Source of the DNA: Antedon mediterranea
Taxonomy: Eukaryota; Animalia; Echinodermata
Direction: 5' to 3'
Length of the DNA: 64,000 nt
Assembly (NCBI RefSeq): GCF_964355755.1
Contig: NC_092674.1
Span: 2,294,001-2,358,000 of the forward strand
The position numbers and the translations under genes were made by a program. Below the pieces are notes generated by a model. It worked only from the letters and a program-made list of their open reading frames with translations. It had not been told where the DNA came from and made no database searches. This document shows, piece after piece, positions 23,531 to 38,500 of this stretch (the first letter of the stretch is position 1; the number at the start of each line of letters is the position of its first letter).

Positions 23531-26500
23531 TTATTTCCAGATAGATTTGCGTGCGGATTGTGACTGTCTTGTTGGTTGTGGTAGGCTCCCTCGTTTATTT
23601 TTAGTCCGTGTTTTTGCCTCCGACGTCTTACTTGTAGACTTATTTTTAATTTGTGTTTCTTTTTGTACCATTGAACTAAACTCCTAAATAAAAATATAAA
23701 AATTGGTTAGTTCCGATTCTTCTATTAAATATCAACACAACAATCTAAAGCTCTGTTTAAACTATCAAACCTTATGTGACAAAAAAATGTGATGTGCCCA
23801 TACATGATAATGTCATATCACTACCATATTTGGGAATATCACTACCATATTTGGGCACATCATACTTTTTTTGTCAAACTAGTTTGATAGTGTAAACAGA
23901 GCTTTACTGGTATATTGTCCTACTATGCAATGACATGGCACTTTGTGGTCCGTCGTGTGGCAGTAGAAACGTAATTTATACCCTCTAACATCGACAAGGA
24001 TTCATGGCTCACTCACTCCATGGTTCTGGTGATACGAGTCGAGTCTTCTTAGATAAGGATTATAAACCGTAGGTCAAGGATGGACAAAATATTCATGTAC
24101 GGTACACTTTAGTACGTCTTTCGAGACGAGTAGACGGTTACCTGGTTGTAATACTAGTTCACACACTAGTGCACTGACATGACAATTGGGGGAGAAGCAT
24201 GTTCAAAAGTTTAACATCTGTACACAGTGACACACACAATTATTTATCATTGGAATGGCGCTATACAAATAGACATTTGTATCCTCTTTTTGTTTCCTTT
24301 CTGTATTAGTTTTTTTTTTCTATAAACTTTAATTTTGTATTCTTTATTGCATTTATGCATTGTACTGTAAAATGTTTAAACTTCTAATTTCATGTCCTAA
24401 AATATTTACTTTGAATCAAACGGATTGCAACAAGATAAATAAAACTAGAAATCAATCTTCTATCGACTAAAGCCGAAGTATAGTCGTTATCTCGGGACCG
24501 TTCTATGGCCACCACCAGGTAGGCTTACTTCTTTAAGGCTTCTATGAATGGATGTACTGGTTGGGAGCAAGAATGCTAGTAGACCAAACCCAGTACCAAT
24601 TTGATTACGATCAATCGGGAAATTACCTCACAACTTGACAATGAATGACATACATATCTTGAAAGGTTACAAATATAAGCCACGGTTTCATTTCATTTTC
24701 TATTAAAGCAACCTTTTATATAGCAGGGGTTTCCTATCAACAAGTAGACTAGCAATGAATCACTTCACTCAGGCTTAGGCTCACATTTATAATCACTCTT
24801 AAAACGATTTTCATGATTTTAATAGCTATCAAGTAGGTAATGTAAAGTTCAATTTTTCTCGCTAAAACAGAAAAAAAAAAAGACAACAACTGTCCGTTCC
24901 ATAAAGCCTAGTTTGCTAGTCTGACAACCAACAGAAAAACTGCAATAAAAAAATATATTTTTCGGGACCGGTAAATGATTTTACAGATAGTAAATAAGAA
25001 AATAATAAGAATTAACTATTACTTGTGAAGCCATTAAAGGGTTATCTTTGGCAACGGCCGTACTTGTTTTCATCATGTGATTTGTTCTTGAATCACTTGA
25101 TTGGTTCTGTTGTTTCTGTACACTTGCAACCCTTAGAATATATCAAGATCGTATTTGTTAAATTATTAGATAAGAGAGATAAATACATATAATAATATGA
25201 TATTACAACCATCATAATCATTTTTTATTTTATTTATTACATATAAGCCATAGCAAATACATTGTACATTTTTTTTTAGCATAACATTGTGATCTAGCAT
25301 TTTGGTGAACTTCCATGTTTCATCACCAAACATTAATCGAATGAGAAAATACTCACATAGGTCATAGTATGCAAGGCAACCTAGCTCAGTGTAGTCAAAT
25401 TGGCCTAAAATTTTAGCTTAACATTATGGAAAGACATGTTTTTTTAAACAAGATTAGCTAGACTAGGCTTTGCTAGGAAACTTGATCAAACTTTCTTTTG
25501 CAAACTGCAAGTGTTAAGCTCTGTCTACACTATCAAACTAGTTTGACATAAAAAGTGTAATGTGCCCAAATATGGTAGTGATATGCTTAAATATTGTAAT
25601 AATATGACATCATCATGTCCATATATCGGCACATCACTTTTTTTTGTCACATAAACTTTAGAAACAGTTTGCTAGTAGGCTTAATTTTTAATGTAAATAA
25701 GAAACCAAATAGTTTTTGTTTGTGTCTTATCAGTATTTTCCCCGACTCTAGTAAAACAAAGTAACTAAAAAGGGGTTATTTGATAAAAAATTTGGACACA
25801 GACATGGCCACTAGATAGACCTTGATATATAACATTGAGAAGAAAACAAATTTGACCCCAAACTACGAGAGGACAGGAAAACCAACGGATTATTAAATTT
25901 GAGCAGACGTCTACTTTTATACAGTGACCATGGGCTGTAATAGGTCGACTTTCCTGCATTCTTGTAAGAAAATTGTTGAAGGATTTAGAATGAGATTTGA
26001 AATAAGTGTTGCAAAAATATTAGTATATATGACCCGAGTATATTTCATGCTTGGTTATAACTCAACCAATAATTTAGGCTAAATATGAACACTTCGGTAA
26101 ATTCCATTTTAAAATAGAAATACTAGAGGAGCTGTAGCTTGGTGGTTAACATGCTTTCCTTCCAATCCCAAGGTTCAAACCTGACCTAGTGCCAGGGTTG
26201 TAACTCACAACTCTTTCAACTCCACTCCCTATGCCTCAAATGAGACTTAGTTTATAAGCACGATAAACTATAAAAATAGTTTATCCATCCTGTAATTGGC
26301 AAGTTTCTTAACTTTTACACAGACAACCCCCCCCCCCCCTCCGAGACTATACCCAATCATATTCAGTAATATTTTTAATCACAACAACCTCAAAAAAATG
26401 TGAGATTTTGTAAAAAAATGACCTAAAAAATGAATCTGTGCGAGAACTAACCTAGATTGCATCATCTTGAGGTATGCCATCATCTGTTCGGGTGTCGCTG

Positions 26501-29500
26501 GCTTCTGTTGCTTAGCAACCGCATCATCATCATTAGTTATGTGTGACCTTTGAATCAGTTTAGAAATGTCACTTAACTGATCAAGAGTAAGGACCTCTGC
26601 CGCTGATGGGTTGCCAGTATCTGCAATCACAGAATTCAAAACTTATTAATTTATAAATACCACTTGAGGGAGTATGTTAAGTAAATTAATTATAAAAATA
26701 CAGAGCATAAAAGGAATAATATAATAATAATAATATAAAAAAAGAATTGTTTAAATTGTGTTCCAATGTTTTCTTAAGCTCTGTCTACACTATTAAACTC
26801 TATGTGACAAAAAAATGTAATATATATATATATATGGACATGATAACAAAAATCTGACACTACCATATTCAGGCACATTTTTTTTGTCACATAAGGTTTG
26901 ATAGTGTAGACAGAGCTTAACAATCATCCCGGGGATACTATAATAGGTTTGATAGTGTAGACAGAGCTTAACAATCATCCCTGGGATACTATAATAGGTT
27001 TGATAGTGTAAACAGAGCTTAACAATCATCCCTGGGATACTATAATAGGTTTGATAGTGTAGACAGAGCTTAACAATCATCCCTGGGATACTATAATAGG
27101 TTTGATAGTGTAGACAGAGCTTAACAATCATCCCTGGGATACTATAATAGGTTTGATAGTGTAAACAGAGCTTAACAATCATCCCTGGGATACTATAATA
27201 GGTTTGATAGTGTAAACAGAGCTTAACAATCATCCCTGGGATACTATAATAGGTTTGATAGTGTAGACAGAGCTTAACAATCATCCCTGGGATACTATAA
27301 TAGGTTTGATAGTGTAAACAGAGCTTAACAATCATCCCTGGGATACTATAATAGGTTTGATAGTGTAAACAGAGCTTAACAATCATCCCTGGGATACTAT
27401 AATAGGTTTGATAGTGTAGACAGAGCTTAACAATCATCCCTGGGATACTATAATAGGTTTGATAGTGTAAACAGAGCTTAACAATCATCCCTGGGATACT
27501 ATAATAGGTTTGATAGTGTAGACAGAGCTTAACAATCATCCCTGGGATACTATAATAGGTTTGATAGTGTAAACAGAGCTTAACAATCATCCCTGGGATA
27601 CTATAATAGGTTTGATAGTGTAGACAGAGCTTAACAATCATCCCTGGGATACAATAATAGGTTTGATAGTGTAGACAGAGCTTAACAATCATCCCTGGGA
27701 TACTATAATAGGTTTGATAGTGTAGACAGAGCTTAACAATCATCCCTGGGATACTATAATAGGTTTGATAGTGTAAACAGAGCTTAACAATCATCCCTGG
27801 GATACTATAATAGGTTTGATAGTGTAGACAGAGCTTAACAATCATCCCTGGGATACTATAATAGGTTTGATAGTGTAAACAGAGCTTAACAATCATCCCT
27901 GGGATACTATAATAGGTTTGATAGTGTAAACAGAGCTTAACAATCATCCCTGGGATACTATAATAGGTTTGATAGTGTAGACAGAGCTTAACAATCATCC
28001 CTGGGATACTATAATAGGTTTGATAGTGTAAACAGAGCTTAACAATCATCCCTGGGATACTATAATAGGTTTGATAGTGTAGACAGAGCTTAACAATCAT
28101 CCCTGGGATACAATAATAGGTTTGATAGTGTAGACAGAGCTTAACAATCATCCCTGGGATACTATAATAGGTTTGATAGTGTAGACAGAGCTTAACAATC
28201 ATCCCTGGGATACTATAATAGGTTTGATAGTGTAAACAGAGCTTAACAATCATCCCTGGGATACTATAATAGGTTTGATAGTGTAGACAGAGCTTAACAA
28301 TCATCCCTGGGATACTATAATAGGTTTGATAGTGTAAACAGAGCTTAACAATCATCCCTGGGATACTATAATAGCCACTATTATCATCATTGTATTCTAC
28401 TGTAATGTAAGCCTTGGATATATTCATTACATACACTAACAATACATGCTACAATAATAATATTTATCAAATTTTCAGGATTGAAAATAGGCAAAAGCCC
28501 AAACAGATTCTGCGCTCACTCCATAATATATTAAATACATGAACAATAATTTATTAGTTAATAAAATAATAAAAACTGCTTCTTGTTTAAATCTGTTTGA
28601 CATTATAAATCCCCAGCGCTTGTAATGCAAAGGTTACTCGCAACTTCCTGTTGAAATCTCCAAGCAATTAGATTGATGCCGGCCGGCGCGGAAACATGCT
28701 TCAGCGGCATGCTGACAATATACAGTTTAAAACACCGGTAATGAAAAAATAGAGGAATAGTTTAAAAATAAAAAGAAGAGAATCAAGTTAAAATTAGTAA
28801 AAAATGGAAGAAAATTCAAGTAAAAAGATAAACAGTTTGAAAATAAAGAAATTATTCAAGTAAAAATGAGGGAAAGGTAACAAATTTAGAAAAGATTGAA
28901 ATAAAAATATATAGGCCTACAATTAAATTAGCATAACATAGTAATATTTTCCCAAAAATATTCTAAAGCTCTTTCTACACTATCAAAAAGTGTGATATGC
29001 CCAAATATGGTAGTGATATGCCCAAACATGGTAGTGATATGCCCAAACATGGTAGTGATATGCCCAAATATGGTAGTGATATGACATCATCATGTCCATA
29101 TATGGGCACATCACATTTTTGTTGTAACAAAAAGTTTGATAGTGTAGACAAAGCTTAATTCAAAGTGGTCTTTGATTGGAGGGTCATTTGACATCCTGTG
29201 TCATGATGGATGTCAATCACAAACAGATGCAATATCATCTTAAAACATGGAAGTGCTAATTTCCACTTTGCTTTAAGTTTAATAAATAAGAAGTTCTTAA
29301 TTTTAAACACAATAGAAATAAACACATGTGTAGAGTATGAAATATTCTCTTAAATTAAAAATTTGCATTTTCATTCAGGTTTTCCAAAAGCTTGCCACTA
29401 TCTTTCTGGCTGTTTTATTTGACCATTTTGATTGAGCTTTTGTGATTATTTTATTTGTACCTCCAATGAGAGATCCAGCCACTGATACCTACAGCATTGT

Positions 29501-32500
29501 CATTTTTCATTCATTTGCCTTTGGATTTATAAATATATTATTATAATATTTTTTGCAAAAAATTTGTCATAAAAGTTTATCTAAATTTGATTATGCTGTC
29601 AGAAGTTTGGCAACATTATTCAAAACATCACCATAAACATGTCGGTGTCAATCAAGGACTTATAAAAGTTGGAAAAGCTATAAAAATAAATTGTAAAAGC
29701 AGCAGCTGATACAAACTACTTCATAAATATTAAAGATGTATTGTCCCCAAACAAAATAAAGATTAATTAAATCAGAATTTGAATAGGTTATTTTGTAGTT
29801 CTTATAAATAATCACTTCCGTAGAAGAAAACGAAAATTAATGTTTTCACTTATAAATGACATAATAAATGGTTAAATTCAACTAAAATACCATTGGCTGG
29901 CAGCTAATTTGACTATTTGTTTTGGCTTAAAATTACTGTTTTTCAGGTAAATATTTTTTTTTAAATCCAATTTTTATTCAAAGTGTATAACATATTATGT
30001 GGCACATTAAAATGGCATATTTAACAAAAAAATTTAAAAAAATATTTTTTCATAGGACATCTTTAATGTTATAGGTAAATAATGCTAGAAAAATTGTTAG
30101 AATTAATCTAATCACATATTTTAATTAGAAGGAAATTACATATTAAGTTAACTAATACAAGAAATTAAGCAATAACGAAAAAACACCTCTGTATCTCAGA
30201 TAAAATTTATATCAGATTGATATGTGAATCGAAGGTCTGATAGGACGAGGCACAAGAGGGCGCCTTAAACAAATTTGTATTAGTATTTCTCAAAACAATT
30301 TTTACAGATCAGAAAGATTTTTCATTTTTTGAGAGTGACTATGTGCGGTTTCTTTCATTTTTTCAAAACCGGAAATAAAGACTTTGTGACCTTATTTTGT
30401 GGGACAAACTTACGTGATGAGTAGCATGCAACCCCACTCAGAATATTCAAGAATATTTACGTTTAAAGAAAATAAAATAGTAACGATTACACGCAGTATA
30501 GGTACTGGCCGTTATAGTGGGTTATTCCATTAAAAAATAGGGGTGTATTGCGTATTAAGTCGGTGGATTGTATGTATGTGATTAATTTGTATTGGATTGT
30601 CAACCAATAGTTATCCCAGAACAGACTAGAAAGCCATTTAGTATGTACATGAAGTATGTTACTTATTGTGGAATGCATAAACTTTATTTTCTAAACGTGA
30701 AGAAAACTAATTATTTTGTGCATCATAGATTGAAAAAAATTCAATCGTTTTAAAAATGTTTTTTTTAAATCCATATTTTAAAAAATTGTTCTTTCAGCAG
30801 AAAAAAAGGTAAAAACTATAATATGAAAATAATATCCTCCTGTTTGTTATGGTTGAATGAACATCCAGGATACATGATTTCCTGTTATTGCTACCCCCAT
30901 ATTAAACATCATAATTCATTGTAGCTGATAAAAACGTGGCTAACTGCCAGGGATACAACTAAATGGGTCGATAATGAGTTTTTGGGTGGGGCTCTGTAAT
31001 TTTTACCCAGAAATAGGTTTTATATTGTCCTTAGAATAGAAATCCATAAGTAAAATACTGGTAAACGACAGTTGATTTGACGAGTTGATAAAAACGCCTG
31101 AAAGCCCTAAATTGATAGATATAGGCCTAACTTATGAATATGTTTGTCCAATCCTCCAATTCCTTTCATCTACAAGACACTAGTTCTACTTCATTATTAC
31201 ATTTCTGACACTGATGTATATAGTGGCCGCACAATATATTTGTTATTAATCATTAAGTTATAATATTACTGTGAAATAAGGGAAACTCTAAAAAAAGTGA
31301 ATACAACCTGAAGAAAAATCATTAAATATTATTGACTTTAATACTTTTAAGTATTTAAGTGAAGTATCTTGCTTAAGTGTGATTGGCGGGTCACATGGTT
31401 CAATTTTCTGACTAAAATTTACCACAGTACTAGAATATTCTTAATGGATAAAAACAGCACACTCTCTAAATCTCTGTCTACACTATCAAGCGTTATGTTA
31501 CAAAAAAATGTGATGTACCCATATATTGACATGATGATGTCATATCAATACTATATTTAGACACATCACTACCATATTTGGGCACATCAAACTAGTTTGA
31601 TAGTGTAGACAGAGCTTAAGCCTTTAGTTTATAAATTACCTGTAACAGCTTGCAGATGATTTTCTACTGATTCACTTTCTTCACTGACAGGTGATCCTGG
31701 CGATCTTTGAAGTAACTGAACAAGAAAAAATAAACAACTTTTTTAATAAAACATATTTAAACAAATCCACCAGCAAATTAACTTGCCAATTACAGGATGG
31801 ATATTTATATTATTATACACCCTGTCAGAACCCTATAGCCGTATTCACCATTCAAACTTAGGCGAAGGGAAACACTTACTCTTAAAATTAAAAAAAAATC
31901 TCCTATCTAAGTGAACACAGTTTAAGGGAAATACTTAAATATTTATTGAGTTAAGTGAAATACTTAATATTTAAGAAAAATATCTCACTTAAGTGTGATT
32001 GGTGAATACCTTGATATTTGGAAGGCAAGAGTCAACCAAAAAGCTACAGCTATTAACTTTTAATTGTACAAGAAGCAGTGAAAAAAATAAGAAATATTAT
32101 TCATCCAATTTGTTACAATTGATCTATTGTGGTACAGTATTGCATTAAGTTAATAATATTTAAATTATCAACACAAAGAAAATGACATGCTGTAAATCAA
32201 TCTGTTGTCACAGACGGGACAAGGTAATAATTGATTCTGTTATAATTTATTCATTTGCGCAAATTCTAAATATGTTCAAAATAACGAAAACAAGATATTA
32301 AAATTTAACAATTCATAGAAAGTTAAAATTCACATTAAAATTGAGTTTAATTACAATACAATGACAAAAAATAAAATATACATCTGCAATTATAGTACAT
32401 GATGCGAGGTCAAAGTGGTAAATACTATACATAGGATTGAGAATAAAAAACAAGCGGGTTAGAGTATCGCAATAAATAAAAACTAAAAATAGGAAAGGAA

Positions 32501-35500
32501 AATCAGAAACACCTGCTATTATCTTAAACTCTGTCTACACTATCAAACTTTAAAAAAAGTGTGATGTGCCCATATATGGATTGGATGTCATATCACTACC
32601 ATATCACACTCTTTTATCAAACTAGTTTGATAGTGTAGACAGAGCTTTACAACATTCTCAATTAGTTTGAATTAGTTTTGAATGAATAATAAAATAAATT
32701 GGAAAAGACAAATGGAAAAAGTATTTTTGGTTCATTCTAATTTGGGTTTAGTTTTACAATTGGTAAATCCAAGTGAATCACACACATTCAATATGACACA
32801 TGGCTCACTATCAATTATTAAAGTCTTGTGATTTTAAACAGATGTTTGTAAGTCAACAACCATGTGTTATGATGGTTGAGGGCAGTTTGGTAAAAACAAA
32901 TATAAATTGTAAACACAAACATTTACTAAATGCCTTATCAAACAAGTTAAAAAAAAAAAAAAATTGTGATGTTTCCAAATATGGTAGTGATATGCTTAAA
33001 TATGGTAGTGGTATGACATTGTCAAGTCCATATATGGGCACATCACATTTTTTTGTCACATAAAGTTTGATAATGTAGTAGACAGAGCTTTAGACTAGCA
33101 GTTTTTTGTACAATAGATATTGCTCTTAGTGTGATGTGATCTTAGTAGTGAAATATTTTGCAAATTGCTGTCCTAACAAGCTAAAGGTCCATATCTAAAC
33201 TGGTCATACAATTTTGGAGTAGAGTAACATATTTCAGGTTTGTGCTTATGTAATATAGATATTAAATACCATCTGTATGTAATGTTGTAGCTCTTGTTGT
33301 TTCTCATCATGTTTCTGAAACTTATTTGTCAGTGAATTATAAACGTCCCTTTCAATTCTGAAATTAAATAGACAACAAAATATAAATTGGGAGAAGGAAT
33401 TGAAACAAGTATAAGAATTTTTCCGGACAGTAAATTTCAACACAGAACATATTTAATATTACAATGAAAGCACTCAGAAACTGAGTGAAGTACTTGGCAA
33501 AATATTGACACAGAGAGCGCATACTAAAAGAATACAAATTTTTTTTTTTTTTTTTATTTGTGAAGTTATTAATGAACTGATGTTACCTATTACACCCAAA
33601 AAATTCAGAATGATAACTTTAAAATTGTGAACGATATCGTGATAACAAACAAAGCAAGTACTGTACTATATTTGGCAAAATTCTATTTTAGAAAAAAATT
33701 GAATGTTGACAAATAACTATCTTAATCACTTACACAGTGGATTCTAGAGGACCAACTGATAGATCAGTAATACTATCTTCTTTCTCTGGAACATGGTCTA
33801 TTGTTTCACTCACTGAAATGATTATGGAAACTTAGTAAAATAAACAAAACGAGTGTAGTCTATACAGTAATATGATACAAAATAAATACATTCAAAATTA
33901 ACTAATTTATGAATCACATTATTATATCCTTTCACAATGCCTAGCAAAACACAATAACAAATACAAGTAAACATTGAATTATCACTTGAAACTGGGATGG
34001 CATACATTTGATTTTTTTTTTCAAGATTCAAGAAATGCTATTGGTCCACTTTAAAATGGAAATTTGTGCAAACTGGGAATACAGTAGGACTTGGGAAACC
34101 CTATGTTCAGGATACACCCTATATTCAGGGTTCACCCCCTATTCAGGGTTCACCCTCTATTCAGGGATACCCCATATTCAAGGGGACATCCTCTAATAAT
34201 GAAGTATAATGATCTCACAGCAGAAGCTACTTGTTTGTTGATCATCAAACTGAGGATGCAAAGGTTTGAATGAAGACGTATCTGAATGAAGCTGATTGGA
34301 AAACATCTTTCTGCCTGGATAACCTGCTACAGACACTTCTTGCTGAGCCTCTGGTTGTGCTTGGTTGGTAAACACCAAGCCTCTTGAGAAGCTCCCTGCA
34401 GGTGCCTCCTGCTTTGCTTTCCCTTCTGTGTATGAGCCAAACTCTGGCCTAGCATCAGACAGAGCATGCTTGGTAAACATCAAACTGCTGGGGTAGCTTC
34501 CAATGGGTACCTCTTGCCTAGTTTTAGCCTCGGTGAATGAGTGAACATCAGCATGGGTGGGGTCGCTAAACAATATACGATTTTGGAAGACACCTGATGA
34601 GTCTGTCTTAGCTTTATCTGCAACATTGGCTCGTGGAAATTCCTGCATGAAGTCTTTGTGTTGGTATGTATGTTTACTGGGTGTAGTTGTCGATGAATTA
34701 AATGGTTGCTGATTGGTCAGTTTGACAGCAGTAGAGGATGAAGTAAAAGGCTGTCTTTGCTTTGGTGGAGTCCATGCTAAGTTGCTTATGGTATTCATTC
34801 TGGGAACTATAAGATATTTTATATTTATATTACTAAACAATAACACTTACAAATGACATTATCAAATATCATGAAAGTGAGAGACTACAAAAGGTTTGAA
34901 AAACCGACACTATTGAACAAACATCTTTGTCTTGCAATCAGAATGAATTATAAAGAATAGAAAAGACTGCTTTTAAGCTCAAACTTTAGACACGATGATG
35001 TCATTTCACTACCATATTTGGGCACATCATAATTTTTTGATAGTGTAGACAGAGCTTTATGTATATTATTCCAATACTATAATACATATATACATAATAA
35101 TTAATACGAAAATAAAGATTTTTAAAACCCTACTTACCGTCTTTGTTTAATTTATTCTGATTTCTTGATTCCTATTAAACAAAAGTTTAAATACATATAA
35201 ATATAATTTAGATTGTAATATAAAACTTAATAAAATACCTCAATTATTCTTTTAGAACAATATAATGTATATTTTACTTAAGTTGTGTTATGTTATTTTT
35301 TATATAATTGTTATATTATTTATGTAAATGTTTGTTATGAAATGAAGCACGGAAAAATGAAAAAGGCAGAGAAAAATGATGTCCCATATTTCCAAAAAAG
35401 GCATGGGGTCTGTGGAATATGCCCAAATATGGTAGTGATATGCTTAAATATGTAGGTGATATGCCCAAATTTGTTAGTGATATGACATCATCATGTCCAT

Positions 35501-38500
35501 ATATGGGCACATAGAATCCTCACCTGTTGATCAGGATTGCTGAGCACTTGAATCCAGTTCATCAATTGATGGCACTGGGTCTGGAATTGTCCAATGACAT
35601 CAATATAGTGACCTCCTTCCTCTTTAATGTTCTGCTTCATAGACGTCATCTCCTGATTACTGTTATCTAGTCTAAAATAAACACATATAAATAAAGACAT
35701 TACCCCTTATGTGATAATATACAATACTGCTTAATTCACCATCTAATGTGTGTGTGTAATTTACCGCAATCTTTATTATTGTGATAAATGAAAAGTCAAA
35801 AAACAATTTTGTTAAAATTATTGTATTTTATCACCATAACATTATTTTCTCTCATTCTTTGTGTGTAAAGTGTCTTCTACAATCTCAACAAGAGCAAACC
35901 AAGTGGATTACCTTTGTTGAAGATCTTGCACAACATTTTTCCACCTTTCTGTCAAGCTCTGCATCTTCTCTTGCGACCTTTCTTCCATCACCTTCATCTC
36001 CTTCTGGTGGTTATCCAACAAAGTCTGTACTTGCTGTCGATGGATATTCTTTAAGTTTTTCTGTTCTTCCTGGAACCTCTTCTCAAAGTCTATCATTCGC
36101 TGACCAACCGTTTTCTCCACTTCTGTTTGTCGTTCTGTCTCTTGACGAAGTTGGCTGGCTTCAAATTTTGCAGCCTGCATTTCGACCTCTAGTTTTAAAT
36201 TTTCCTAGTAAAAACATTTATTTAAAATTATTAAATTTTTTCAAATGTTGGTTAAATCACAATAACGTATCTTATGCACTGTGTACACTATCAAACTAGT
36301 AGTTCAAATATAGTAGTGATATGACACCAGCATGTCCATATATGGGCACATCACATTTTTGTGTAACATAAGTTTGATAGTGCAGACAGATCTTTAGTCT
36401 TTTAAATATTTAAACAAACAATGCATTCATTATATTAAGGTTTATTTCGTTTGTTTGTTTTTGTACTTACCCTTTCTTGTTCAAAATCCTGTAGTTGCTC
36501 TTTCAATTCTGATATTTCTGAATTTAAAGATTTTATCTTCTTATCAGCCTTGCATGACTTTGCCACAACACTTGCAGAACTTTGCTAAAAATAACAAAAA
36601 CATTTTTTGTTATAGATATAATAAACGGAAAAAAAAACCCCATAGTTATGCCACATACAATAGTTCTATATTACTCATCTCCCAATACTACAAACCTTGG
36701 ATTGGTCTAATATGTCTCAAATTAATATGCTTTTAATGGTAACAAAGAATTTGGGATCTTTTGGATATTATCACAGAGTCTGGTATTATGAGAGTCTAAT
36801 TATGTAAAAAGTTAAATTGTTTGTAAAATAAGATTTAAATTTCATTTACCTGTTCGGATTCCAATTCCTTTTGATGTTTTTCACTTAGCATTAATAATTC
36901 TTTCTGCAATTTATGCTGAATTTCCAAAGCTATATCTCTCTCCTGGAATAAACAACAAAAATGCAACTTTAATATTCAGATTAAATTAATAAAACAACTA
37001 CTGTATTCCTATGTAATAATACAGAATGTATAGCAGGTCATAAACATAGCACTGTTCTAGCAAGGCAATCTAACAACAGGACACTGAGAAACATAGCACT
37101 GTTCTAGCAAGGCAATCTAACAACAGGACACTGAGTAACATAGCACTGTTCTAGCAAGGCAATCTAACAACAGGACACTGAGAAACATAGCACTGTTCTA
37201 GCAAGGCAATCTAACAGGACACTGAGAAACATAGCACTGTTCTAGCAAGGCAATCTAACAACAGGACACTGAGAAACATAGCACTGTTCTAGCAAGGCAA
37301 TCTAACAGGACACTGAGAAACATAGCACTGTTCTAGCAAGGCAATCTAACAACAGAACACTGAGAAACATAGCACTGTTCTAGCAAGGCAATCTAACAAC
37401 AGGACACTGAGAAACATAGCACTGTTCTAGCAAGGCAATCTAACAACAGGAGACTGAGAAACATAGCACTGTTCTAGCAAGGCAATCTAACAACAGGACA
37501 CTGAGAAACATAGCACTGTTCTAGCAAGGCAATCTAACAGGACACTGAGAAACATAGCACTGTTCTAGCAAGGCAATCTAACAACAGGACACTGAGAAAC
37601 ATAGCACTGTTCTAGCAAGGCAATCTAACAACAGGACACTGAGAAACATAGCACTGTTCTAGCAAGGCAATCTAACAACAGAACACTGAGAAACATAGCA
37701 CTGTTCTAGCAAGGCAATCTAACAACAGGACACTGAGAAACATAGCACTGTTCTAGCAAGGCAATCTAACAACAGAACACTGAGAAACATAGCACTGTTC
37801 TAGCAAGGCAATCTAACAACAGGACACTGAGAAACATAGCACTGTTCTAGCAAGGCAATCTAACAACAGGACACTGAGAAACATAGCACTGTTCTAGCAA
37901 GGCAATCTAACAGGACACCGAGAAACATAGCACTGTTCTAGCAAGGCAATCTAACAACAGGACACTGAGAAACATAGCACTGTTCTAGCAAGGCAATCTA
38001 ACAACAGGACACTGAGAAACATAGCACTGTTCTAGCAAGGCAATCTAACAGGACACTGAGAAACATAGCACTGTTCTAGCAAGGCAATCTAACAACAGGA
38101 CACTGAGAAACATAGCACTGTTCTAGCAAGGCAATCTAACAGGACACTGAGAAACATAGCACTGTTCTAGCAAGGCAATCTAACAACAGGACACTGAGAA
38201 ACATAGCACTGTTCTAGCAAGGCAATCTAACAACAGGACACTGAGAAACATAGCACTGTTCTAGCAAGGCAATCTAACAACAGGACACTGAGAAACATAG
38301 CACTGTTCTAGCAAGGCAATCTAACAGGACACTGAGAAACATAGCACTGTTCTAGCAAGGCAATCTAACAGGACACTGAGAAACATAGCACTGTTCTAGC
38401 AAGGCAATCTAACAACAGGACACTGAGAAACATAGCACTGTTCTAGCAAGGCAATCTAACAGGACACCGAGAAACATAGCACTGTTCTAGCAAGGCAATC

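Noticed and set aside
26793-28442. 549-aa ORF of 17-aa repeats ([17 protein letters not shown])
   Set aside because: It is the translation of the 51-bp MITE-junction array, whose unit length is divisible by 3 and has no stop in one frame. It is intronic and shows no sign of being a protein.
29370-30270. Possible extra CNTROB exons near 29376-29487 and 30186-30265
   Set aside because: Both have stops or incompatible phase. The exon at ~31640 (phase 1) joins directly in frame to 26452-26620.
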